Assembly (NCBI RefSeq): GCF_965201005.1
Contig: NZ_OZ241747.1
Location: 572,000-635,999 of the forward strand
DNA length: 64,000 nt
Direction of reading: 5' to 3'
Source of the DNA: Mucilaginibacter sp.
GTDB lineage: Bacteria > Bacteroidota > Bacteroidia > Sphingobacteriales > Sphingobacteriaceae
Part shown: piece after piece, positions 45,518 through 52,726 of the stretch
How the letters are laid out: each line of letters begins with the position of its first letter
Position numbering within the stretch: position 1 is the stretch's first letter
Position numbers and translations under genes: made by a program
Notes under the pieces: generated by a model
Databases searched by the model: none
Told to the model about the DNA's origin: nothing
What the model saw: the letters and a program-made list of their open reading frames with translations, nothing else

Positions 45518-45705
45518 AAAAAATTTAATATCTCCATGCTGAATTTACACAATCGGCACAGCGGTAAAATTAACGTTAAATCAAATCAATGCTGATTTAA
45601 AAAGGCTGATTTAACTGATGATTATGTTAAAATAAAAATTTATGCCCGGGAAATAATCAAACAACGTTGCTAAGTAATTGGTTTTCTGTTTTATAACCCT
45701 TAAAC

Positions 45706-46005
45706 ATGAAAACGATCTTAAAATCAGCAGCTTTATTGATGTTCTTTTTTGCGGCAGCCTTATCGGTAAATGCACAAACTATTGTCCGTAAAAAACCGGT
45801 TGCGCCGCAAACAACTGCTGTGCGGCCACCGGCACCATCGCCAAAACATACCTGGGTAAGTGATGAATGGAAGCACGACCCGAAAGGTTACGTTTGGAAA
45901 GGCGGCCACTGGGAAACGCCGCCCAAAGACAAGGCTTTTTATGTTAAAGGCCATTGGCGCCACGTGCCAAAAGGTTATGTATGGATGCCGGGCCACTGGA
46001 AATAA
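45706..46005 (+). CDS. small secreted protein with YxWxxGHW-type repeats
   Basis: Has a signal peptide. GYVWKGGHW and GYVWMPGHW are direct repeats, with HTWVSDEW and FYVKGHW as looser copies. Confidence 0.6.
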   Translation: MKTILKSAALLMFFFAAALSVNAQTIVRKKPVAPQTTAVRPPAPSPKHTWVSDEWKHDPKGYVWKGGHWETPPKDKAFYVKGHWRHVPKGYVWMPGHWK

Positions 46006-46008
46006 TCC

Positions 46009-46040
46009 GATGCTGTTTTTACCGGGTAAAAAACTTGCTG
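46009..46040 (+). terminator. imperfect compact repeat-family hairpin right after the 45706..46005 stop
   Basis: GATGCTGTTTTTACC-GG-GTAAAAAACTTGCTG is a B-type arm paired with a degenerate partner. Confidence 0.45.
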
Positions 46041-46165
46041 CCAAAGCCCAAACCTAAAAATCGGTTGCAGCTGTGCCCCGGGGCAAAAGTGGGCTGTCGA
46101 TCTTCTGCAAAAAAACCGGCTTTTGCTTTTTGTTGATTACTGCTTTTTAATGATCCATATAATTA

Positions 46166-46221
46166 AACTGAAATATAAGTTAAATAACGTAAAAAACAGT
46201 TGTATAACTGAAATATAAGTT
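46166..46221. promoter_or_regulatory. two exact 16-bp direct repeats upstream of the BlaI-family gene (candidate operators)
   Basis: AACTGAAATATAAGTT occurs at 46166-46181 and 46206-46221, with a 40-bp period. Each has palindromic ends (AACT...AGTT). Confidence 0.4.
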
Positions 46222-46233
46222 TTAGTTTTGGGC

Positions 46234-46602
46234 ATGGAAGAATTGACCAAAACAGAAGAACGCGTGATGCAGGTTTTATGGCGATTGAAAAAGTGTTTTA
46301 TAAAAGACCTTATCGATGCCCTGCCAGATGATCCCAAACCGCCATATAATACCATTTCCTCTGTGGTGCGGCTGCTGGAGAAAAAAGGCTATGTAGCTTT
46401 TAAAGCTTATGGCAAAACGCACGAATATTTCCCGGCAATTTCAAAATCTGATTATCGGAAAGCTTCTTTTAAGAAGGTTTTTTCGGGATATTTTGACAAT
46501 TCTGCCGAATCACTTTTTTCTTTTATGCTGAAAGAAGAAAAACTGAGCGAAGAAGATCTGGACAAAATCAAAGCCATCATCAACAAAAACGAAGAAAAAT
46601 GA
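46234..46602 (+). CDS. BlaI/MecI/CopY-family transcriptional repressor
   Basis: Starts MEELTKTEERVMQVLW and has the winged-helix pattern ...NTISSVVRLLEKKGYV. The start is taken at ATG 46234 rather than TTG 46228. Confidence 0.8.
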   Translation: MEELTKTEERVMQVLWRLKKCFIKDLIDALPDDPKPPYNTISSVVRLLEKKGYVAFKAYGKTHEYFPAISKSDYRKASFKKVFSGYFDNSAESLFSFMLKEEKLSEEDLDKIKAIINKNEEK

Positions 46603-48251
46603 AAGCGGTGGTTTACCTGTTGCAGGTTTCGGCCTGCAGCGCAATTTTCTATCTGTTTTATTTCCTGCTGCTGCGGAAACTTACTTTTTTCACGCTCAAC
46701 AGATGGTTTTTGCTGACAACGGTTTTGCTAAGTTTTCTGATCCCGGCCATTTCGCTGCCGGTTGACCGCGGGCAGCCGCATATCGTTATCGTGCAGCAGG
46801 CGGTCAATGTGAACACTTTGCAATTCTCATCGGCAGAAAAAACAATTGTCCGGGTAAAAACAGCACCGAAAACTTTTGATTACCTACTGTTTTTAAGGGT
46901 AATTTATTGGATTGTGGTAATTGGTTTGTCCGTTAAGCTGATTGTTACTTTGATCCGGTTTTTTAGAAAACTCAAAGGCAAGCAAACGGTCAAATCCGGT
47001 CGTATAAATATCATCCAAAGTCAAAGTGAATTCCCAAACGGTTCATTTTTAAATTACATTTTTCTCAACGGTCAGGATTTGTCTGCGGATGAATTGCAGC
47101 AGATCATTACCCACGAAATGCTGCACGTACAATTGGCACATTCCGTTGATCGGGTCCTGATCAAAATCGCGCAGATTTTGCTTTGGTTCAATCCTTTTAT
47201 TTATTTCTATGCAAAATCCGCAGAAGAAAACCACGAATTTGAGGTGGACCGCGCGCTCACAAATGCTACCGACAAACGAAGCTATGCCAACCTGCTGCTG
47301 CATCTTTCGGTGGCTGGCGGTGGCACGCTTTACCACAGTTTTAGTAAAGTACCACTTAAAAAACGTATCGCCATGTTATTTAACCAACCCTCAGCAAAAA
47401 TGAAAAAAGTGATTTATGTATTGATCTTACCGGTGGTATTGATCAGTTGCCTGGCTTTTGCCAAATTGAAAAGCAATAAAACAGACAATAAGTATCTTAA
47501 AAAGACAGAAAAAGCAGACAAAAGCCCAATGGTTTTAAAAGATCAGTTTTATACACGTTTAAGATTAAAAGATGGAAAAGGGCGGGATTATGATAAAGTG
47601 ATTGTTCAAACGAAGGAAAATAATGGGCGGAGTACCTACTCAAATATAAAAGTTGACGGTAAAGCTGTTTTTTTAATTGATAAAAAGCCTTATACCGAAG
47701 AGCAGATCAAAAATATGCCAGGTTCGGTTATTGCAAAATTATTTTTAGATGGTTCTTTTTTTGGTAAAAAACAGGCAGCTTTTCCGGCTGATATAGCAAG
47801 ATACAACGCTATATTTATTTTGCACACCAAAAAAAGTGCTGATACCACAAAATATCGCCAGAAACTTAAACGTACACCGGAACAAATAAAAGGCAAAGCA
47901 GATAAGATACCCAACCATCCTTTCTTATTCGAAGTAAAAAAAGGCCATCGGTTCCCTGAACCTTTTAAACTTAAAGATCAGGACAAAAAATCGACCTTCA
48001 AAGTTACTAAACTATCCTATCTTGCTCCAAAGAATATACTTACACAGTTAAAGAACGATCAAAATAACTCTTATGTATCTGTAGGTAAAATAATCAACAT
48101 GAATACTTTTCAAAAGGAACAGGATAGGGTTTTTAAATTTCTTTCTGCGATGTTCCCTAATGTTGAAAAAAAGCATATTATTTTTAAGGTTGATACTACA
48201 CAACAAAAAAATGCTTGCACTGTAATTATGGACGTGTGGTTTGGCAAGTGA
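46599..48251 (+). CDS. BlaR1-like M56-family membrane metallopeptidase/signal transducer
   Basis: Has N-terminal TM helices and the zinc motif HEMLHVQLAHS. It overlaps the repressor gene by 4 nt. The Lys-rich C-terminal domain is of unknown type. Confidence 0.75.
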   Translation: MKAVVYLLQVSACSAIFYLFYFLLLRKLTFFTLNRWFLLTTVLLSFLIPAISLPVDRGQPHIVIVQQAVNVNTLQFSSAEKTIVRVKTAPKTFDYLLFLRVIYWIVVIGLSVKLIVTLIRFFRKLKGKQTVKSGRINIIQSQSEFPNGSFLNYIFLNGQDLSADELQQIITHEMLHVQLAHSVDRVLIKIAQILLWFNPFIYFYAKSAEENHEFEVDRALTNATDKRSYANLLLHLSVAGGGTLYHSFSKVPLKKRIAMLFNQPSAKMKKVIYVLILPVVLISCLAFAKLKSNKTDNKYLKKTEKADKSPMVLKDQFYTRLRLKDGKGRDYDKVIVQTKENNGRSTYSNIKVDGKAVFLIDKKPYTEEQIKNMPGSVIAKLFLDGSFFGKKQAAFPADIARYNAIFILHTKKSADTTKYRQKLKRTPEQIKGKADKIPNHPFLFEVKKGHRFPEPFKLKDQDKKSTFKVTKLSYLAPKNILTQLKNDQNNSYVSVGKIINMNTFQKEQDRVFKFLSAMFPNVEKKHIIFKVDTTQQKNACTVIMDVWFGK

Positions 48252-48259
48252 TCGCAGCA

Positions 48260-48285
48260 ATCTTCTTTTATCACCATAAAATTCA
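48260..48285. repeat. solo degenerate arm (one-base deletion) after the BlaR1-like stop
   Basis: The sequence is AATCTTCTTTTATCACCATAAAATT. Confidence 0.65.
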
Positions 48286-48334
48286 ATACTTGATAAGAAA
48301 TACCAGATATTTGGGCCAGAACTAAGCTGCTTAA

Positions 48335-49519
48335 ATGTCTTTAATTGATTTTTTTTCGCCTGTGGATGCCGGGCGTTTGCTGCCCGAAAACGGCTTTAAC
48401 AATGGCCGTTTGGGCACTTGTATTACTGTTTTTACCGATACTTTCCCGGATTTGGAAAACCAAAAACCTGATCTGGCCATCATCGGCGTGCTCGAAGACC
48501 GCAATGCAGACGGAAATTCCGGCTGCGCTTTGGGCCCGGATTATATCCGCGAAAAATTATATCAATTGTTTGAAGGAAGTTACAAAACCAAAATTAACGA
48601 TCTGGGCAACATCCGCCGCGGCGAAACGGTGGTTGACACTTTTATCGCCCTAAAAACAGTAGTGGCCGAACTGATCAAAAAAGATATTTTACCGGTCATC
48701 ATCGGCGGCAGTCAGGATTTGACCTATGCCCAATACCTGGCTTACGAAGTGCTGGGGCAAAAGGTCGATCTGGTGGTTGTGGATGCCAAACTGGACATGG
48801 ACGATGACCATTTCCCGGGAACGATTGAAACCACTTCTGCAGCTTACCTCAACAAGATATTTATGCACGAGCCGGATATGCTGTTCAACTTCAGCAACCT
48901 CGGTTATCAAACGTATTTTGTAAACCAGGAGCGGCTGCAAATGATGGAAAAGCTGTTTTTTGATGTGCACCGTTTGGGCAGTTTAAGCGGGAAAATCCAG
49001 CTGACAGAACCTGTAATCCGCAACGCCAGCATGATTAGTTTTGATGTCGGGGCGGTTCGTTCTTCGGATGCGCAGGCTAATTTTAACGCCGTGCCGAATG
49101 GTTTTTATGGCGAAGAAGCCTGCCAGGTTTGCCGTTATGCCGGATTTAACGATAAACTCACGTCGATCGGTTTTTATGAATTTAACCCCGCTTATGACAG
49201 CAACGGGCAAACGGCGATGTTGCTGGCGCAGATGATCTGGTATTTTATTGACGGTTTTTATAATCGGAAAAAAGACTTTCCGGTTCACCCGAAATCACAA
49301 TATCTGATCTATAAAACGAGTTTAAAGCATAAAGAACACGAACTGGTTTTTGTAAAAAGCAAAAAATCCGAACGCTGGTGGATGCAGATACCTTATCCAA
49401 CGGGCGGCTCTAAAAACGAGCGTTATCATTGGGTTCCCTGCCATTATGATGATTATTTGCTGGCAGTTTCCGGCGAAATGCCCGATCTTTGGTGGCGCAC
49501 TTATCAAAAATTAATCTGA
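48335..49519 (+). CDS. arginase/formiminoglutamase-fold protein with degenerate metal-binding motifs
   Basis: The fold markers read VIIGGSQDL (canonical GGDHS), VVVDAKLDMD (canonical DAHxD), ISFDVGAVRSSDA (canonical SxDxDxxDP) and FYEFNP. Confidence 0.65.
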   Translation: MSLIDFFSPVDAGRLLPENGFNNGRLGTCITVFTDTFPDLENQKPDLAIIGVLEDRNADGNSGCALGPDYIREKLYQLFEGSYKTKINDLGNIRRGETVVDTFIALKTVVAELIKKDILPVIIGGSQDLTYAQYLAYEVLGQKVDLVVVDAKLDMDDDHFPGTIETTSAAYLNKIFMHEPDMLFNFSNLGYQTYFVNQERLQMMEKLFFDVHRLGSLSGKIQLTEPVIRNASMISFDVGAVRSSDAQANFNAVPNGFYGEEACQVCRYAGFNDKLTSIGFYEFNPAYDSNGQTAMLLAQMIWYFIDGFYNRKKDFPVHPKSQYLIYKTSLKHKEHELVFVKSKKSERWWMQIPYPTGGSKNERYHWVPCHYDDYLLAVSGEMPDLWWRTYQKLI

Positions 49520-49534
49520 TATTTATATTACGTT

Positions 49535-49559
49535 ATACTTCTTTTATCACCTAAAAAAC
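49535..49559. repeat. solo arm (ATAC variant) immediately upstream of the TlpA-like start codon
   Basis: ATACTTCTTTTATCACCTAAAAAAC is followed by AAC and then ATG at 49563. Confidence 0.8.
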
Positions 49560-49562
49560 AAC

Positions 49563-50678
49563 ATGAAAAAAATACTTTTTATAATGCTGTCGGCCTCGCC
49601 GTTTCTGGCTACTGCACAAACTGCTAATTATGATATAAAAGGGAAAATAGGAAACCTTAACCAGCCTGCTAGGGCTTATTTGATCCATCGCGATCAGGGG
49701 AAAAACATCACTGATTCTGTTGTTTTGACAGCCGGAAATTTTGAGTTTAAAGGAAATATTGCATCGCCAACACAAGCATTGTTACTGCTTGACCATGCTG
49801 GGGCTGGGCTTCAAAGTTTGGGCAGAGGAGCAGATGTGCTGAATATTTATATCGAAAACGGAACGATTGCAATCAACGGAAAAGACTCGGTAAAAACAGC
49901 AAAAATCATCGGTTCTAAATTAAACGATGACAACGCAAAACTGGCCGCGGCCATTAAGCCGGTGCTGGATAAAGCGCAGGTTTTGAACAACGATTATCAG
50001 AAAGCCACAGAAGCAGACCGCCCGAAACTGGCCGAAAAATTTACCGCACTGCAAACCGAGCAAAAGGCGGTTTTGAAAACTTTTATCCAGCAAAACCCGC
50101 AATCGCTGGTTAGTTTGGATGCCTTGCGCGCTTTTGGTGGCCCATCGCCAAGTTACAGCGAAGTGATGCCGCTTTATGGCACTTTGTCCCCGGCGATACA
50201 AAACAGCAATAATGGCAAAGATTACAAAGCCTCTATTGAAAAACTGAAAGCAACGGCAGTAGGCTCTGTTGCGCCGGATTTTACACAGAATGACCCAGCC
50301 GGAAAACCCATCAGCCTGTCATCATTTAAAGGAAAATACGTGCTGCTGGATTTCTGGGCTTCCTGGTGCGGCCCTTGTCGGCAAGAAAACCCGAACGTGG
50401 TAAAAGCTTACAATGAGTATAAAAATAAAAACTTTACGATTTTGAGCGTTTCCTTAGATCGGCCAAACGGTAAAAATGCCTGGTTGCAAGCTATTAAAGA
50501 TGATGGTTTGGCCTGGAACCACGTTTCTGACCTTCAATTTTGGAACAATGAGGTTGCAAAATTATACAGTGTCCAATCAATCCCCGGCAACTTTCTGATT
50601 GACCCAACCGGAAAAATTGTAGCCAAAGATTTGCGTGGTGAAGAACTGGAGCAAAAGCTGGCACAAGTGCTGAAATAA
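49563..50678 (+). CDS. TlpA-family thiol:disulfide oxidoreductase with an N-terminal beta-rich domain
   Basis: Has a signal peptide and the thioredoxin motif LDFWASWCGPCRQENP. Confidence 0.85.
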   Translation: MKKILFIMLSASPFLATAQTANYDIKGKIGNLNQPARAYLIHRDQGKNITDSVVLTAGNFEFKGNIASPTQALLLLDHAGAGLQSLGRGADVLNIYIENGTIAINGKDSVKTAKIIGSKLNDDNAKLAAAIKPVLDKAQVLNNDYQKATEADRPKLAEKFTALQTEQKAVLKTFIQQNPQSLVSLDALRAFGGPSPSYSEVMPLYGTLSPAIQNSNNGKDYKASIEKLKATAVGSVAPDFTQNDPAGKPISLSSFKGKYVLLDFWASWCGPCRQENPNVVKAYNEYKNKNFTILSVSLDRPNGKNAWLQAIKDDGLAWNHVSDLQFWNNEVAKLYSVQSIPGNFLIDPTGKIVAKDLRGEELEQKLAQVLK

Positions 50679-50746
50679 CAAATTTAGGTTGATAAAAGAA
50701 GCATTGGATATATAATTGATACGATGCTTCTTTTATCAACTATTTT
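50679..50746. terminator. repeat-family hairpin (R...L) acting as a bidirectional terminator between convergent genes
   Basis: GTTGATAAAAGAAGCAT-19 nt-ATGCTTCTTTTATCAAC is a 17-bp stem flanked by T-rich tracts on both strands. It begins 1 nt after the + gene stop, and the last stem base is the first base of the minus-gene stop-codon complement (50740-50742). Confidence 0.75.
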
Positions 50747-51234
50747 TCGTCTGCCGATGGCCCGTATAATCCCGGAACCGGCAGATCATTCAGCCTTAAA
50801 TAAACGGTTAACTGGCCACGATGATGAATAAAGTGGTTCATCACGATAAAACGCAAAACGTTAATACGCGGCATATCAAAAATAATATGGTTGCCGTGCT
50901 GTAGTTTCCAGTTGGCCAATAACGTTTCATCCGAAGCACTTTCCAGCGCGGCCAAAGCATTGGCCACGTGCTTTTTGTGGTTTTGCAGAAGTTCTGCCTG
51001 TGTTGCCGCAGGTATCGGCCGATTGTCAGGAACGGAAAAATCCATATTTTCTTGTTGGATAATCGGTGTAATCCAGGAGGTTAGCTGTGCAACATGATTG
51101 GCCAGGGCACCAATGCTCATGCTTTTTTCGTGCGGTTTCCAGCCAAATTTTTCATCAGGGATACGTTCAAAAATCCGTTCGGTTAAAGCGGATTCGCGTT
51201 TTAATTCTTGTATAAATGCTTCGTTTAAGGCCAT
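50740..51234 (-). CDS. DinB-family protein
   Basis: 164-aa four-helix pattern with spaced His residues (..LANHVAQL.., ..HFIHHRGQLTVYLR). Confidence 0.7.
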   Translation of the reverse strand: MALNEAFIQELKRESALTERIFERIPDEKFGWKPHEKSMSIGALANHVAQLTSWITPIIQQENMDFSVPDNRPIPAATQAELLQNHKKHVANALAALESASDETLLANWKLQHGNHIIFDMPRINVLRFIVMNHFIHHRGQLTVYLRLNDLPVPGLYGPSADEK

Positions 51235-51282
51235 TTTTATTGTTTTAAGTTGGATTTTTGTTTGATGGAAATTAGCAAGGTG

Positions 51283-51307
51283 ATACTTCTTTTATCGGGT
51301 AAAATTT
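51283..51307. repeat. solo arm (ATAC variant) abutting the purD stop codon
   Basis: The sequence is ATACTTCTTTTATCGGGTAAAATTT; the purD TGA is the complement of 51307-51309. Confidence 0.8.
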
Positions 51308-52581
51308 CAGATCAGGTCAAAACCAATGTCTTTCCTAAATTGCATACCGTCAAAATAAATCCGGGCAGCATCCAAAGTAGCTTGTTGCAAAGCGTTAAAC
51401 ATCGTATCCTGTAAGCTGGTTATGGCCAAAACACGGCCGCCGACTGTTTTAATTTCGCCGTTTTCCAGCTTGGTCCCGGCCTGAAAAACCATGGACCCGC
51501 GCACATTTTCAATCCCTGTTATGGTTCTGTTCTTAAGATATTCGCCGGGATAGCCGCCAGCCACCATCATTACGGTTGCCGCAATTTGATCGGAAATTTT
51601 AAGGTTGATCTGATCCAGATTGCCTGATGCTGTGGCTTGTAAAATTTCTACCAGATCATTCTCAATCCGCGGTAAAACCGATTCCGTTTCCGGGTCGCCC
51701 ATGCGGCAATTATACTCGATTACGTAAGGTTCGCCGCCGCAGTTCATCAAGCCGATAAAAATAAAACCGACATACGGAATATTTGCATTTTGCAAACCCT
51801 GCATGGTTGGTTTTACAATGCGCTCCTCAACTTTGGCCATAAAAGTAGCATCCGCAAATGGCACCGGCGAAACAGAACCCATGCCGCCAGTATTTAAACC
51901 GGTATCGCCCTCGCCAATGCGTTTGTAGTCTTTAGCTTCGGGCAAAATTTTGTAGTTTTTGCCGTCCGTAAGCACAAAAACAGACAATTCTATGCCTTGC
52001 AAAAACTCCTCAACAACAACTTTTTTACTGGCGGCACCAAATTTGGCATCACGCAGCATGGCCGTTAATTCCTGTTGTGCTTCTTCCCAACCGGTGCAGA
52101 TCAAAACGCCTTTTCCCGCGGCCAAACCATCGGCTTTTAACACAATAGGCAAACCATGTGTGGCCAGGTAAGCCAAACCTTCGTCCAGCGTTTCGGGTGT
52201 AAATGTTTTGGAAGCAGCCGTTGGGATGCTGTTTTTAAACATAAATTCTTTGGAAAAATCCTTGCTGCCTTCCAATTGTGCGGCTTGCTTTTGCGGACCG
52301 ATCACAGGAATGTTTTTGAGCGATCCATCCGCCAGGAAAAAATCATGGATGCCGTTTACCAGCGGTTCTTCCGGGCCAACCAAAACCAGATCAATGCTGT
52401 TTTTATGCACTAAATTTTTGATCCCTTCAAAATCATTTACGTTGAGATCAACGTTTTGGCCATAAATACCGGTTCCGGCGTTACCAGGCGCAATAAATAA
52501 TTGATCGCATTTCGGGCTTTGCGATAATTTCCAGGCAAAAGCACTTTCTCTTCCGCCGGACCCGAGAAGCAGGATGTTCAT
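51307..52581 (-). CDS. purD: phosphoribosylamine-glycine ligase
   Basis: Starts MNILLLGSGGRESAFAWKL and contains VLKADGLAAGKGV and an ATP-grasp core. The start is taken at ATG 52581. It contains two B-type repeat copies (52226 and 52394). Confidence 0.9.
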   Translation of the reverse strand: MNILLLGSGGRESAFAWKLSQSPKCDQLFIAPGNAGTGIYGQNVDLNVNDFEGIKNLVHKNSIDLVLVGPEEPLVNGIHDFFLADGSLKNIPVIGPQKQAAQLEGSKDFSKEFMFKNSIPTAASKTFTPETLDEGLAYLATHGLPIVLKADGLAAGKGVLICTGWEEAQQELTAMLRDAKFGAASKKVVVEEFLQGIELSVFVLTDGKNYKILPEAKDYKRIGEGDTGLNTGGMGSVSPVPFADATFMAKVEERIVKPTMQGLQNANIPYVGFIFIGLMNCGGEPYVIEYNCRMGDPETESVLPRIENDLVEILQATASGNLDQINLKISDQIAATVMMVAGGYPGEYLKNRTITGIENVRGSMVFQAGTKLENGEIKTVGGRVLAITSLQDTMFNALQQATLDAARIYFDGMQFRKDIGFDLI

Positions 52582-52726
52582 TCGGTAAAGATAGAATTTG
52601 CAGGAGTGTTTTGTAGCCAAGCTACAATAAATCTGTTATTAATCCGTAATTTTACCTGCCATTTTGGCCTCGGCCAGCGGTGGCGTAATTGTTGCAAACG
52701 AAGAATTTTATCTTAAGATCAAATAC

